NCBI GenBank assembly: GCA_016209275.1 | Contig: JACQWM010000007.1 | Span: forward strand, 6,865-70,864 | DNA: 64,000 nucleotides | Direction of reading: 5' to 3' | Source: Candidatus Omnitrophota bacterium | Lineage (GTDB): Bacteria > Omnitrophota > Gorgyraeia > Aquiviventales > Aquiviventaceae | Part shown: positions 1 through 9,934 of the stretch, one piece after another | How positions within the stretch are numbered: position 1 is the first letter of the stretch | Layout of the letters: every line of letters starts with the position of its first letter | Program-made: the position numbers and the translations under genes | The notes under the pieces: model-generated | What the model was told of the DNA's origin: nothing | Seen by the model: only the letters and a program-made list of their open reading frames with translations | Databases searched by the model: none

Positions 1-2
1 TT

Positions 3-1388
3 GTGGGCGCGCTCCTCGCCATCACCCGTTACAACACGACGATTGGCGGCTATCAGCACGAGACCATGATCCCCTGGATCCGAGCGCTTGGCATCGGCTT
101 CCACTTGGGGGTTGATGGCATCAGCGTCGTCCTCGTGCTGTTGCATGCGATCTGCGCATTCACCGGTGTCTTGATTTCCTATGCGATCAAGCAACGCGTC
201 AAAGAGTACTACATGTTTTACCTGCTGCTGATCACCGGCGTCTTCGGCGTGTTCCTCTCGCTCGACCTGTTCTTCTTCTACTTCTTCTACGAGATGGCGG
301 TCATTCCGATGTATCCGCTGATCGGCATGTGGGGCAGCGATGTGAAGGAACAGGGTGCCGTGCGATTTTCCAAAGAGTACGCCGCGATGAAGCTGACGAT
401 TTACCTCACCCTGGGCGCAGTCGTGGCCCTGACCGGCTTGCTGTGGCTGTATGTCACCTCGGGCGCGAAGACGTTTGACCTGGTGGAATTGCAGCGCCAT
501 TTTTCGAGCGCGCCGCTGGCCCCCGCGCTCCAGCGCAGCATCTTCCCCTTGTTGGCGATCGGCTTCGGCGTCATCGCCCCGATGTGGCCGCTGCATAGCT
601 GGTCGCCGATCGGCCATGCCGCGGCACCCTCCGCGGTGAGCATGCTGCACGCCGGGGTGCTCATGAAGCTCGGGTCCTACGCGATCATCCGCCTGGCGAT
701 CGGCCTACTGCCGCTGGGTGCGACGACCTGGCTGCCGTGGATCGCGGCGATTTGCGTGATGAACATCATCTACGGCGGCTTCGTGGCCATGGCCCAAAAA
801 GATTTGAAACTGATCATTGGATATTCGTCGTCGAGCCATATGGGGTATGTGCTGTTAGGGATTGCCTGCCTTACCCCGCTCGCACTCAATGGCGCTGTCC
901 TGCTCATGTTTGCGCACGGCCTCATGACCGCGCTCGCCTTCGCGCTCGTCGGCCACATCTATGACCAAACGCACACGCGATGGCTGCCCGACTTAGGCGG
1001 CCTCGGCCATCAGGTACCATTCATCGCGGTCTGCGGGGTGATGGCCGCGATGGCCTCAAGCGGGCTGCCGGGGTTTGCCAATTTCGTGGCGGAATTGCTA
1101 GTGTTTCTCGGAGGGTGGGACGAGTACCGCATCCCGGTGATCTTCGGCGTCTTCGGCGTGGTCATCACGGCGGTGTATATGCTGCGCTTTGTGCGGGGAA
1201 CGTTTTTTGGGCCGCCGAAGCCAGTGTTTGCCGGACATGTCCGCGATGCGACGACGGCCTTTGCGCGCTTGCCGTATGTCGTCCTCATCGCCACTTTGCT
1301 CGTGGTCGGCTGTTGGCCTCAACCAATCCTTCGGATTATCGATACGAGCAGCCGAGCCTTGATTGAACAGGTCCTGCGCACCCCATGA
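3..1388 (+). CDS. nuoM: NADH-quinone oxidoreductase subunit M (5'-partial)
   Basis: LGVDGIS, FYEMAVIPMY, PLHSWSP, GVLMKLG, IGYSSSSHMG and GLPGFANF motifs; multi-TM; followed by nuoN. Confidence 0.95.
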   Translation: MGALLAITRYNTTIGGYQHETMIPWIRALGIGFHLGVDGISVVLVLLHAICAFTGVLISYAIKQRVKEYYMFYLLLITGVFGVFLSLDLFFFYFFYEMAVIPMYPLIGMWGSDVKEQGAVRFSKEYAAMKLTIYLTLGAVVALTGLLWLYVTSGAKTFDLVELQRHFSSAPLAPALQRSIFPLLAIGFGVIAPMWPLHSWSPIGHAAAPSAVSMLHAGVLMKLGSYAIIRLAIGLLPLGATTWLPWIAAICVMNIIYGGFVAMAQKDLKLIIGYSSSSHMGYVLLGIACLTPLALNGAVLLMFAHGLMTALAFALVGHIYDQTHTRWLPDLGGLGHQVPFIAVCGVMAAMASSGLPGFANFVAELLVFLGGWDEYRIPVIFGVFGVVITAVYMLRFVRGTFFGPPKPVFAGHVRDATTAFARLPYVVLIATLLVVGCWPQPILRIIDTSSRALIEQVLRTP

Positions 1389-2860
1389 TGTCCTTCAGTC
1401 TTCTGGGCGTTGAACTCATTATCTGCCTCTGGATCGGCGTCATGCTGATCGCCGATCTCCTCCTGCCGCCTGCTAAAAAATCTTCGCTCTGGCTCCTCGC
1501 CCTCGCCGGTGTGGCCATCGCCGGTGGCGCGCTTTGGACGCAGTCGCAGCATGCCTTGTGGCGCGGCCTGCCTGCCGCGCTGGGCGCGGCGCAGGCAGGC
1601 GAAATCTTCCAAGACATGTTCATCGTCGATCCCTTTTCGTCGTATTTCAAAGCCTTGTTTTTGATCACGGCGGCGATCGTCATCCTCATGACCCGAGAAT
1701 TCCAAGCGCATGTGCCGGCTCATCTGGGGGCGTTCTTCATGCTGCTCTTCACCGCCCTGCTCGGGACCTTAGTGCTCGCCTCGATCAATGACTTGCTGAT
1801 ACTCTTCCTCGGCTTGGAGCTCCTGACGTTTTCGCTCTACATCATGGCGGCGTATCTGAAAACTGATTCACGGTCTGTCGAAGCCGGAATGAAATACCTC
1901 ATTCTCGGCTCTGTCTCCTCAGGGTTTCTTATTTACGGCATCGCCTTGCTCTACGGTTTTGCCGGCGGGACCAGTTTCACCGCGCTGCGAGCGGCGCTTG
2001 CTAACACCGCAGGGCCAGTGCCGCTGACGGCTCAAGCAGGGCTTGTGCTGCTGCTTGCCGGGCTCGGATTTAAGATCGCCGCGGTGCCGTTTCACTTGTG
2101 GGTGCCGGATGTCTACGAGGGAGCGCCCACTCCGGTCGTGGCGTTTTTGTCGGTGGGATCAAAGATGGCGGGGGTCATCGCGATGCTGCGCGTCCTCTAC
2201 GGCGTGTGGCTCCCGCTGCACAGCCTGTGGGGGCCGATGGTCGCCCTCGTATCCGCGGCCACGATGCTCTACGGGAATCTGTGCGCCATTCCCCAAACGA
2301 ACATCAAACGGCTGCTGGGCTATTCCTCCATCGGGCATGCCGGATATCTCCTCATGGGGTTATCCACCGGTTCCGTATTTGGCGTCAGCGCCGTCGCCTA
2401 TTATCTCCTCGCGTTCTTGGTGAGCAATCTCACCGTCTTCTTCGTGGTTATTATCGTCTCAGAAGCCGTCGGGGGAGATCTGATTGAGCACTACCAGGGA
2501 TTATCGACACGCTCGCCGGGACTCGCCGCCGCGATGTTCATTGGCCTGCTGTCGCTCGCCGGAGTCCCCCCGCTGGCAGGATTTGTCGGGAAGCTGTTCG
2601 TGCTCTTGGGGACGATGGAAACCGGCCGCTTGTGGCTCGTGGCTCTGGGTGCTGTGAATGTGGCGATTTCGCTGTATTACTATTTGATGATTGTGAAGCG
2701 GATGTACCTCGATGCGCCACGCTCAACCGCGCCGATCCGGGTGCATCCGCTGGCGATGGCAACGATCGGGGTACTCGTGGTGGGTATCGCGGCGATCGGC
2801 ATCGTTCAAGAACCCTTCCTCACCCGCATTACCCACATTCCGTTCGCTGTCTTGCGGTAA
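1385..2860 (+). CDS. nuoN: NADH-quinone oxidoreductase subunit N
   Basis: EAGMKYLILG, FKIAAVPFHLWVPDVYEGAPT and KRLLGYSSIGHAGY motifs. Confidence 0.96.
   Translation: MMSFSLLGVELIICLWIGVMLIADLLLPPAKKSSLWLLALAGVAIAGGALWTQSQHALWRGLPAALGAAQAGEIFQDMFIVDPFSSYFKALFLITAAIVILMTREFQAHVPAHLGAFFMLLFTALLGTLVLASINDLLILFLGLELLTFSLYIMAAYLKTDSRSVEAGMKYLILGSVSSGFLIYGIALLYGFAGGTSFTALRAALANTAGPVPLTAQAGLVLLLAGLGFKIAAVPFHLWVPDVYEGAPTPVVAFLSVGSKMAGVIAMLRVLYGVWLPLHSLWGPMVALVSAATMLYGNLCAIPQTNIKRLLGYSSIGHAGYLLMGLSTGSVFGVSAVAYYLLAFLVSNLTVFFVVIIVSEAVGGDLIEHYQGLSTRSPGLAAAMFIGLLSLAGVPPLAGFVGKLFVLLGTMETGRLWLVALGAVNVAISLYYYLMIVKRMYLDAPRSTAPIRVHPLAMATIGVLVVGIAAIGIVQEPFLTRITHIPFAVLR
1568..1600 (+). repeat. 33-bp palindromic element (family A), in-frame within nuoN
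   Basis: CTGCCTGCCGCGCTGGGCGCGGCGCAGGCAGGC preceded by GGC; 32/33 identical to the copy at 13529-13561. Confidence 0.85.
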
Positions 2861-2881
2861 TTCAGCGCGCATCAGCGGCGC

Positions 2882-3685
2882 CTAGCCGACGTTTCTTCCT
2901 GCAGGTTCCTTAAAGATCTCCTTGAAGAAGGCTTTCATTTCTTCCCAGGATTGCTGATCAGCCTCAGCGTTATACGCCATGCCGGCAGAGGGATCATTGC
3001 CGGCTTCTCGAACCGTAAAACTATGCACCGCGCCTGGATATTGAATCACGCGATAATCCACTCCGGCTTGCTTCATCTCCTCTTCAAGGGCCGCCACGTT
3101 ATCCTGCGTCACAAATGTATCATCCGCCCCGTGGAGCACGAGCACTTTGCCTTTGATCTGTTTCGCATCGGCAAGGTTCGGGGTATCCAGCGCTCCGTGA
3201 AAGCTGACCACGCCAAGAACATCTGCTCCGCTTCGGGCCAATTCCAACACGGTGGTCCCGCCGAAGCAGTAGCCGATGGCCGCGACTCGCGTTGGGTCAA
3301 TGAATGGATGCTGCTTGAAAAAATCGAAGGCGGCGGTGATCCGTCGCCGCATCAGCTGCCGGTCGCTGCGATAGAGGCCGGAGAGCTTCGCCGCCTCTTC
3401 GTGATCCTTCGCCTGAACACCCTTGCCATACATATCGGCGGCAAACGCGATATAGCCCAGCTCCGCCAGTTGCTCGGCCCGGCGCTTGGCGTAGTCGCCG
3501 AGCCCCTTCCACTCATGCACGACCAGCACGCCGGGCCGCTGGCCCTTGAGGGCATCATCGTACGCGATGTAACCTTCCAACACGGCATCACCATCGTGAT
3601 ATTCCACCGTCTCCGTTTTCACCGCCGCCTGCGCATGAGGAGCAAGAGCCATGCTGAGGAAGATCACAGCCATCAAACGTTTCAT
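2882..3685 (-). CDS. Dienelactone hydrolase family protein, secreted
   Basis: VVHEWKG, GYCFGG nucleophile, HGADD, HSFT; signal peptide ending AQA-A; start moved to MKRL behind an AGGAG RBS. Confidence 0.9.
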   Translation of the reverse strand: MKRLMAVIFLSMALAPHAQAAVKTETVEYHDGDAVLEGYIAYDDALKGQRPGVLVVHEWKGLGDYAKRRAEQLAELGYIAFAADMYGKGVQAKDHEEAAKLSGLYRSDRQLMRRRITAAFDFFKQHPFIDPTRVAAIGYCFGGTTVLELARSGADVLGVVSFHGALDTPNLADAKQIKGKVLVLHGADDTFVTQDNVAALEEEMKQAGVDYRVIQYPGAVHSFTVREAGNDPSAGMAYNAEADQQSWEEMKAFFKEIFKEPAGRNVG

Positions 3686-3707
3686 GGTGCACATGCTCCT
3701 GTTGTGA

Positions 3708-4562
3708 TTACGACGAAATTTTTCCGAAGAGATGGCGCAGCGCTGGTTCAAGAGTAGGATACCGAAACACATAGCCGGTGTCTAGGAGTCGGGCGGGCCG
3801 CACGCGAGCGCTGGAGAGCAGGACCTCCTCAGCCATCTGGCCCATCAATACGCGCAGGGCAAATGACGGCACAGGAACGATGGTTGGACGCGACAGCACG
3901 CGTCCAAGCGTTTTCGTAAATTCTCGATTGGTCACGGGATTCGGCGCGACAAGATTCACCGGTCCCTGCAGGGTTTCACGCGTGAGCGCGTGGAGCATCC
4001 CTCCAAGGATGTCATCGAGAGCAATCCAGCTCATGTATTGGCGCCCTGAGCCGAGTACCCCGCCAAGACCACACTGAAAAGGCGGCAGCATCAGCTTGAG
4101 CGCTCCACCGACCGGGCTCAGCACCACACCGATTCGCACATGCACCACGCGGATCCCCCGGCGTCTCGCAGGATCGGCTGCGGCCTCCCACTGGCGGCAG
4201 ACTTCAGCCAAAAACCCCGAGCCCTGCGTGCTGTGCTCTTCCAATATCTCTTCACCACGATCACCATAAAAACCAATAGCTGAGGCCGTCACCAGAACCT
4301 TGGGAGGTTGAGACAGATGAGCCAACGCTTCACTCAGCCTGCGCGTTCCATGGGCTCGGCTGTCACGAATGCGCTGTTTCTTCTGCTCGGACCATCGGCC
4401 GATGATCGGCTCTCCGGCTAAATGGATGGCGCCTTCGACCCCTTCAAACCCCGAAACCTCAGGCGATCGGGGCACACGAACGACGGTATGCCCTTCAGCC
4501 GCCAGAGACGGGATGAGGGCAGATCCGATAAACCCTGTGGACCCTGAGACGGCGATTTTCAT
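3708..4562 (-). CDS. TIGR01777 family NAD-dependent epimerase/oxidoreductase
   Basis: GSTGFIG, HLAGEPI, SAIGFYG, GSGRQYMSWI, FRYPTLE. Confidence 0.92.
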   Translation of the reverse strand: MKIAVSGSTGFIGSALIPSLAAEGHTVVRVPRSPEVSGFEGVEGAIHLAGEPIIGRWSEQKKQRIRDSRAHGTRRLSEALAHLSQPPKVLVTASAIGFYGDRGEEILEEHSTQGSGFLAEVCRQWEAAADPARRRGIRVVHVRIGVVLSPVGGALKLMLPPFQCGLGGVLGSGRQYMSWIALDDILGGMLHALTRETLQGPVNLVAPNPVTNREFTKTLGRVLSRPTIVPVPSFALRVLMGQMAEEVLLSSARVRPARLLDTGYVFRYPTLEPALRHLFGKISS

Positions 4563-4618
4563 GTTGCAATATGGCAACGATACCACGGCAATGGATGGTT
4601 CGCAACAGCCGGAGGATA

Positions 4619-5281
4619 TTAGATTGACGGAGCAATGTTGGTGCCGGGGGGAGGAGGCGGAGGCGTTGCGGGAAGCTGCGTAAACTCTTGAGGCGTGAGC
4701 TGGACGAATTTTTCAGGGGCGTCCCCGAATTTGCGAGTGCCGGGGTTGAGGAGCTCTTTGATGTCAATCCACATGCCATCGCGGGAGTAGGCGGCGATGT
4801 CATGGCGCTGCGTATCCATCCGGATCGCATCCTCCGGGCAGGCCTCAACGCAGTAGCCGCAATAGACGCACTTGCCCAGGTCGATGTCAAAACTCTTCGG
4901 CACTTTTTCCACGTTCGGGTCTGGGTGCTCGCCAGCCACGATGTAGATGCAGCGGGCCGGGCAGACCGTCTCGCACATCATGCAGGCCACACAGCGAGGC
5001 GTGCCGTCAGCGCGCTTTGTCAGACGATGGCGCGTGCGCAGCCGAGGCGAGGTCACCCGACGCTGATCCGGGTACTGGATCGTCACCGACGCTGGGATAT
5101 TGCGGAAGAGCCCGACGCGATGCGCGATGTGCAGGCCGAGGTTTTGCCAAAAGTGACGGTTGGTGATCAGTAACCCTTGGGCGATGGCCGGCAAATAGGT
5201 GCGCTCCCACCAACTGAGCTTGCGGCGCTTGTGCGCATCGCGCAGCCGATGCAGTAATTGATGACTTAACGTCTCAGCCAT
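4619..5281 (-). CDS. nuoI: NADH-quinone oxidoreductase subunit I
   Basis: TIQYP and two CxxCxxCxxxCP motifs. Confidence 0.95.
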   Translation of the reverse strand: MAETLSHQLLHRLRDAHKRRKLSWWERTYLPAIAQGLLITNRHFWQNLGLHIAHRVGLFRNIPASVTIQYPDQRRVTSPRLRTRHRLTKRADGTPRCVACMMCETVCPARCIYIVAGEHPDPNVEKVPKSFDIDLGKCVYCGYCVEACPEDAIRMDTQRHDIAAYSRDGMWIDIKELLNPGTRKFGDAPEKFVQLTPQEFTQLPATPPPPPPGTNIAPSI

Positions 5282-5283
5282 TT

Positions 5284-6402
5284 TTACCTTAATACGATGA
5301 TTACGCTCGTAACTGCGATATTGACTAACGAGAGGGGAAACAGAACCTTCCAGCCTAAGTGCATCAGCTGGTCATACCGAAATCGCGGCAGAGTCCATCG
5401 AATCAACATGAAGAACCAGATGAAACCTGAGACTTTGAGCGTCAACGACACGAGTCCGACGGCCACAAAGGCGAGATGCGGCACCGCCACGACCGCGCCC
5501 CACGGGAAATGGAACCCATCGGCGGCGAGCCACGGCGTTTGCCATCCGCCGAAAAACAGCACGGCGGTCAGCGCAGACACCAGCACGATTTCGACGAAGT
5601 CGGTCAAGAAAAACGCGCCGAACTTCATGCCGCTGTATTCGGTGAAGTAACCGATGATTTCCGGTTCGCCTTCCGGCAGATCAAACGGCACGCGCTTGGT
5701 TTCTGCTAAGGCGGCGGTGACAAAAATAATGAACGCCAACGGCTGCGTGATGATCCCCCATAAGGGAATCCATCCGCCGGCGACATGGCTGCCCTGCTTC
5801 AGGATGATCTGGTTCAGATCCAGCGTGCCATAGCAGATCACAACCCCGATGAGCGAAACGCCTAAGGCGATTTCATAGGCCAGCATTTGGGACGCCGCGC
5901 GCAACCCGCCGATCGTGGAGAAGTTGTTGCCCGACACCATGCCGGCGAGGATTACCCCGTAGATGCCGATGGAGGCGAGGGCCAGGACCACGAGCAGCCC
6001 GGCGTTGATGTTGGCGACTTGCAGCGGAATTTCTCGGCCCCACAGTTGCAGCGTCGGCCCGAGAGGAATCGCCGCAAAGGCTACGATGGCGAAAAAGACC
6101 GAGAGAAACGGGGCCAGCGTGTGGAGAAACTTATCTCCCCTCGCTGGAATGATATCTTCCTTGGAGATCATCTTCAGCACATCGGCCAGCGCGTTGATGA
6201 TTCCTAAGCTGCCAAGCTTGCGGATGACCCAGTTGAGCGGCCCAAGCCACCGCCAGGTGAAGTAGGCCCGGTTCGCGCCCACGCGGTCTTGCATCAGCGC
6301 GCTTTGCTTGCGCTCCAGCCAGGTCTGCGCGCCGGCAAGATTCAGCACGCCGCCGAGCACGAGCAGACTGACAATCACTTTAATCCAAAAATCAATCCAC
6401 AT
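5284..6402 (-). CDS. nuoH: NADH-quinone oxidoreductase subunit H
   Basis: ERK..MQDRVGANR, GGLRAASQMLAYE, PFDLPEGE, PRFRYDQLM. Confidence 0.96.
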   Translation of the reverse strand: MWIDFWIKVIVSLLVLGGVLNLAGAQTWLERKQSALMQDRVGANRAYFTWRWLGPLNWVIRKLGSLGIINALADVLKMISKEDIIPARGDKFLHTLAPFLSVFFAIVAFAAIPLGPTLQLWGREIPLQVANINAGLLVVLALASIGIYGVILAGMVSGNNFSTIGGLRAASQMLAYEIALGVSLIGVVICYGTLDLNQIILKQGSHVAGGWIPLWGIITQPLAFIIFVTAALAETKRVPFDLPEGEPEIIGYFTEYSGMKFGAFFLTDFVEIVLVSALTAVLFFGGWQTPWLAADGFHFPWGAVVAVPHLAFVAVGLVSLTLKVSGFIWFFMLIRWTLPRFRYDQLMHLGWKVLFPLSLVNIAVTSVIIVLR

Positions 6403-6422
6403 CGTTGGTCACAAGTCACAAG

Positions 6423-8003
6423 TTACTGCTCCAAGAACGCCCCCTGATCACCGATCGCTTGATAGGACAATCCTTGGAACGATTGTTCGATCTTGGCAAG
6501 TTCATCAAATGTGGTCTTGGCATCAACGAACCGTGTTTTCAAGCCAAGGCGCTGAGCCAACTCGTTGAAAATCTCAAGTTCGGAACGGGCCTCAGCCCAT
6601 GGCAGCAGGGCGGCATGGATGCGCTGCACCCGACCTTCGAAATTCGTCAGCGTGCCTTCCTTCTCAGCGCAGACCGCGCTGGGAAGCACCACATCCGCAT
6701 GATCTGCAGCCGGAGTAGCATTCGCGCCAACGAAAACGACGAACTCCAGATTGGCTGGCACCGTCACATCCGGCGAAAACACGAAGAGGGCTGTGATCTG
6801 CTTCTTCGTCACTTTTTCCAAAAGGCCCCCAGCTCCTTCAGGAATGCCAAGCGCCTGGGCGCCTTTGGTGTTCGGCGATCGATCGGCTTGCAGCAACAGA
6901 TCGTCACTCGATCCACTCTTGGGTCGTTGAAACACGATCTGCGCAATACCGAGTTCCGTGAAGAACCGCTTGGCCGCAAACAGATCTTCGTTGGTCATGT
7001 GACTTGAAAGCACGACACCCACGCGATCGAGCTGTTTCGCGCCGCGAAGCTGCGTGAGCCGCTCAACAATCCGCGCGACTCCCTCCTCCCATGTCGCCTG
7101 CCGCACATGGCCATGGTCTTTGACGCCGACATGCGTGAGCCGATTTTCATCGATATAGTTGTAGCCGTAGCGGCCGACATCGCACATCCACCATTTGTTG
7201 ACATCGGCGTTGTAGCGGGGTTTGAGGCGCATGACGCGCTCGCCATTGGCGATATGCGGGCGCCATTCGCGCTCGCGATTATAGTGAATCTCGATGTTGC
7301 AGCCGCGGGAGCAGCCGGTGCACACCGATTTCGCCGAGCCCAGGTACCACACGCGGCATTTGAATCGAAAGTCGCGGTCGGTGAGAGCGCCGACTGGGCA
7401 GATATCGACGACATTGCCTGAATAATTGTTGTCCAACGTCTTCCCCGGATGCACGCCGATTTCCGAATGATCGCCCCGATTGAAAATGCCGAACTCGCCG
7501 GTCTTCGTGACTTCATCGGTAAACCGCACGCAGCGCGAGCAGAGGATGCACCGCTCCGCGTCCAGCATTACTGTCGGGCCGATGGGCACCGCCTTGGGCT
7601 TCTTATGCTTGGTCTCGTTGAACTTCGGATCGTAGAGGCCATGCTGCATGTAGTAGTCCTGCAGCCAACATTCGCCAGCCTGATCGCAGACCGGGCAGTC
7701 CAGCGGATGGTTGATCAGCAGAAACTCCAGCACATCGCGGCGCCCGGCCAGTGTTTTATCGCTGGTCGTGTTGACCGCCATGCCCTCGGCTACGCGCGTG
7801 TGGCAGCCGATTTGCAGCTTCGGGGCCCCGGCGATTTCCACCAGGCAGATGCGACAGTTGCCGGCGATGGAGAGGCCTGGGTGGTAGCAGTAGAACGGAA
7901 TCGGGCTGCCGGCTTTTTCGCAGGCCTGCAGCACCGTCGTCCCCTCCGCCACCGTCACCGATTTTCCGTCGATCGTCAATGTGATTTGCTTTGGCTCAGG
8001 CAT
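6423..8003 (-). CDS. nuoG: NADH-quinone oxidoreductase subunit G (short form)
   Basis: CYHPGLSIAGNCRIC, NHPLDCPVCDQAGEC, CILCSRCVRF, CTGCSRGC. Confidence 0.93.
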   Translation of the reverse strand: MPEPKQITLTIDGKSVTVAEGTTVLQACEKAGSPIPFYCYHPGLSIAGNCRICLVEIAGAPKLQIGCHTRVAEGMAVNTTSDKTLAGRRDVLEFLLINHPLDCPVCDQAGECWLQDYYMQHGLYDPKFNETKHKKPKAVPIGPTVMLDAERCILCSRCVRFTDEVTKTGEFGIFNRGDHSEIGVHPGKTLDNNYSGNVVDICPVGALTDRDFRFKCRVWYLGSAKSVCTGCSRGCNIEIHYNREREWRPHIANGERVMRLKPRYNADVNKWWMCDVGRYGYNYIDENRLTHVGVKDHGHVRQATWEEGVARIVERLTQLRGAKQLDRVGVVLSSHMTNEDLFAAKRFFTELGIAQIVFQRPKSGSSDDLLLQADRSPNTKGAQALGIPEGAGGLLEKVTKKQITALFVFSPDVTVPANLEFVVFVGANATPAADHADVVLPSAVCAEKEGTLTNFEGRVQRIHAALLPWAEARSELEIFNELAQRLGLKTRFVDAKTTFDELAKIEQSFQGLSYQAIGDQGAFLEQ

Positions 8004-8070
8004 TTTCTTTCCAAATGCGACACATGACCCATGACTCACGACTCATGACTATTCTGGTTGAAGTCCAGGG

Positions 8071-9882
8071 TCATGTGTCGTGGGTCGCGACAGCAACAAC
8101 TGGCGTCGTTTGTGATCCAAGATTGCAACGCTTTTCTCGAACGTGGTATTCAAACTCGTCACGAAATTTTCTGATGTAGCTCTGCACCGGCCAGGCCGCG
8201 GCATCGGCGAAGACGCAGATCGTGCGGCCTTCCATGTTGCCGGCGATATTGAGCAGAATGTCGAGGTCTTGCTGCCGGCCCTGCCCTTTCATGATCCGAT
8301 CCACAATCTTGAACACCCATCCGGTGCCTTCGCGGCACGGCGAGCATTGGCCGCACGATTCATGCGCAAAGAACTTCGAGGCGAACCAGAGCGCGCGGAC
8401 CATGCAGGTGGTGTTGTCCATCGTGATCACACCGGCCGAACCTGCCATCGTGCCGGTGGCGAGCAGCGAGTCAAAATCCATGCGGACATCAATCTCGTCT
8501 GCGCGTAAAATCTTCGCTGAGATACCTCCAGGGATGACGGCTTTAAGTTCGCGCCCTTCGGCCACGCCGCCGGCTGCCGCAATCAGTTCGCGCAGTGTCA
8601 CCCCATGAGAAGCTTCATACAGGCCAGGCTTCTGGACATGACCGCTCATGGAAAACAAGCGCGTGCCACCGGTCTTACCGAACCCGAACTTGGCAAACCA
8701 CTCCCCGCCTTTGCCAATGATCGGCGGCACACAGGCCAGGGTCTCCACATTGTTGATCACCGTCGGCGACGCAAAGAGCCCGGCGATGGCAGGAAAGGGC
8801 GGTTTCAACCGCGGAAAACCTTTCTTGCCTTCAAGGGACTCCAGCAGCGCTGTTTCTTCGCCACAGATATAGGCCCCGGCTCCTCGATGCACGACAATAT
8901 CCAGCGAATAGTCCGTGTTAAAGATACGGTTGCCAATAAAGCCGTACCTTCTCGCATCATCGATGGCCTGCTGCACAATCTGTGCCGGGCGTACATATTC
9001 GCCGCGGATGTAGATGTAGGCTTTGCGGCAGCCGGTGGCGAAGGCGGCGATGATCATGCCCTCAATCAATCGATGAGGATCCCGCTCGATGATGTACCGA
9101 TCCTTCATCGTGCCTGGCTCGCCTTCATCCGCATTGACGACGAGAAACTTCGGTTTCGTCGAGCCCTTGGGAATAAAGCTCCACTTCTTTCCCGCCGGAA
9201 AGCCGGCACCCCCAAGACCGCGTAAATTGGATTTAGTCACTTCGGCAATCACCTGATCCGGCGACAGCTCGGTGAGCGCCTTACGCGCGCTCTGATAGCC
9301 GTCATCACGGACATACGTCTCGATCTTCTCTGAATCTTTAACGCTGAATCGTCTCGAGAGAATCGGTTCGACCAGTCCCACGGTGCCGCGAAACGCATTC
9401 GGGATCTCCGGCAACGACTCTGGTGATTGCACCAACGTGCTGATGATCTCGCGGGTGATGGGCCCCACATACTGATCATTGACCTGCATCATCGGCCCAT
9501 GCTCGCAGGCACAGAGGCACTCGACGGTTGAGAGGGTGAACTTGCCATCCGGGGTCGTTTGGCCTGGTGCGATCCCTAAGCGCTCGGAAATCCCCGCGAC
9601 ACAGCCATCCGCGCCCTTGAGCGCGCAGGCGATGTTGTGGCAGACCTGGACGTGATATTTCCCAACCGGAGTTTGGTGGAACAAGGTGTAAAAGGTGACG
9701 GCTTCGTGGACGTGCGCCGGGGCCACGTCCAGCAGCTGGCCGACCCAGTTTTCGGCGTCGGTTGTAATGTGGCCGAAGCGCTCCTGTATTAAGCGCAACA
9801 CCGGCAGCATCGCCGCCCGCTTCTGCTCGTAGCGAGCGACAATCGCCTCGGTTTCTTGTCGTATTGAGTCCAAAGACTTCAT
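8071..9882 (-). CDS. nuoEF: Fused NADH-quinone oxidoreductase subunits E+F
   Basis: N-terminal NuoE (VCHNIAC...ECLCAC) continuous with NuoF (GGAGFPAG, NADEGEPG, GAGAYICGEET, HESCGQCSPCREG). Confidence 0.93.
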   Translation of the reverse strand: MKSLDSIRQETEAIVARYEQKRAAMLPVLRLIQERFGHITTDAENWVGQLLDVAPAHVHEAVTFYTLFHQTPVGKYHVQVCHNIACALKGADGCVAGISERLGIAPGQTTPDGKFTLSTVECLCACEHGPMMQVNDQYVGPITREIISTLVQSPESLPEIPNAFRGTVGLVEPILSRRFSVKDSEKIETYVRDDGYQSARKALTELSPDQVIAEVTKSNLRGLGGAGFPAGKKWSFIPKGSTKPKFLVVNADEGEPGTMKDRYIIERDPHRLIEGMIIAAFATGCRKAYIYIRGEYVRPAQIVQQAIDDARRYGFIGNRIFNTDYSLDIVVHRGAGAYICGEETALLESLEGKKGFPRLKPPFPAIAGLFASPTVINNVETLACVPPIIGKGGEWFAKFGFGKTGGTRLFSMSGHVQKPGLYEASHGVTLRELIAAAGGVAEGRELKAVIPGGISAKILRADEIDVRMDFDSLLATGTMAGSAGVITMDNTTCMVRALWFASKFFAHESCGQCSPCREGTGWVFKIVDRIMKGQGRQQDLDILLNIAGNMEGRTICVFADAAAWPVQSYIRKFRDEFEYHVREKRCNLGSQTTPVVAVATHDT

Positions 9883-9891
9883 CTCTCAAGG

Positions 9892-9931
9892 CGATATCAG
9901 ATATGAAATGGCCATTTCATATCTGATATCG
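9892..9931. repeat. Family B perfect palindrome (40 bp)
   Basis: CGATATCAGATATGAAATGGCCATTTCATATCTGATATCG; identical to the core of 52898-52939. Confidence 0.92.
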
Positions 9932-9934
9932 TAG

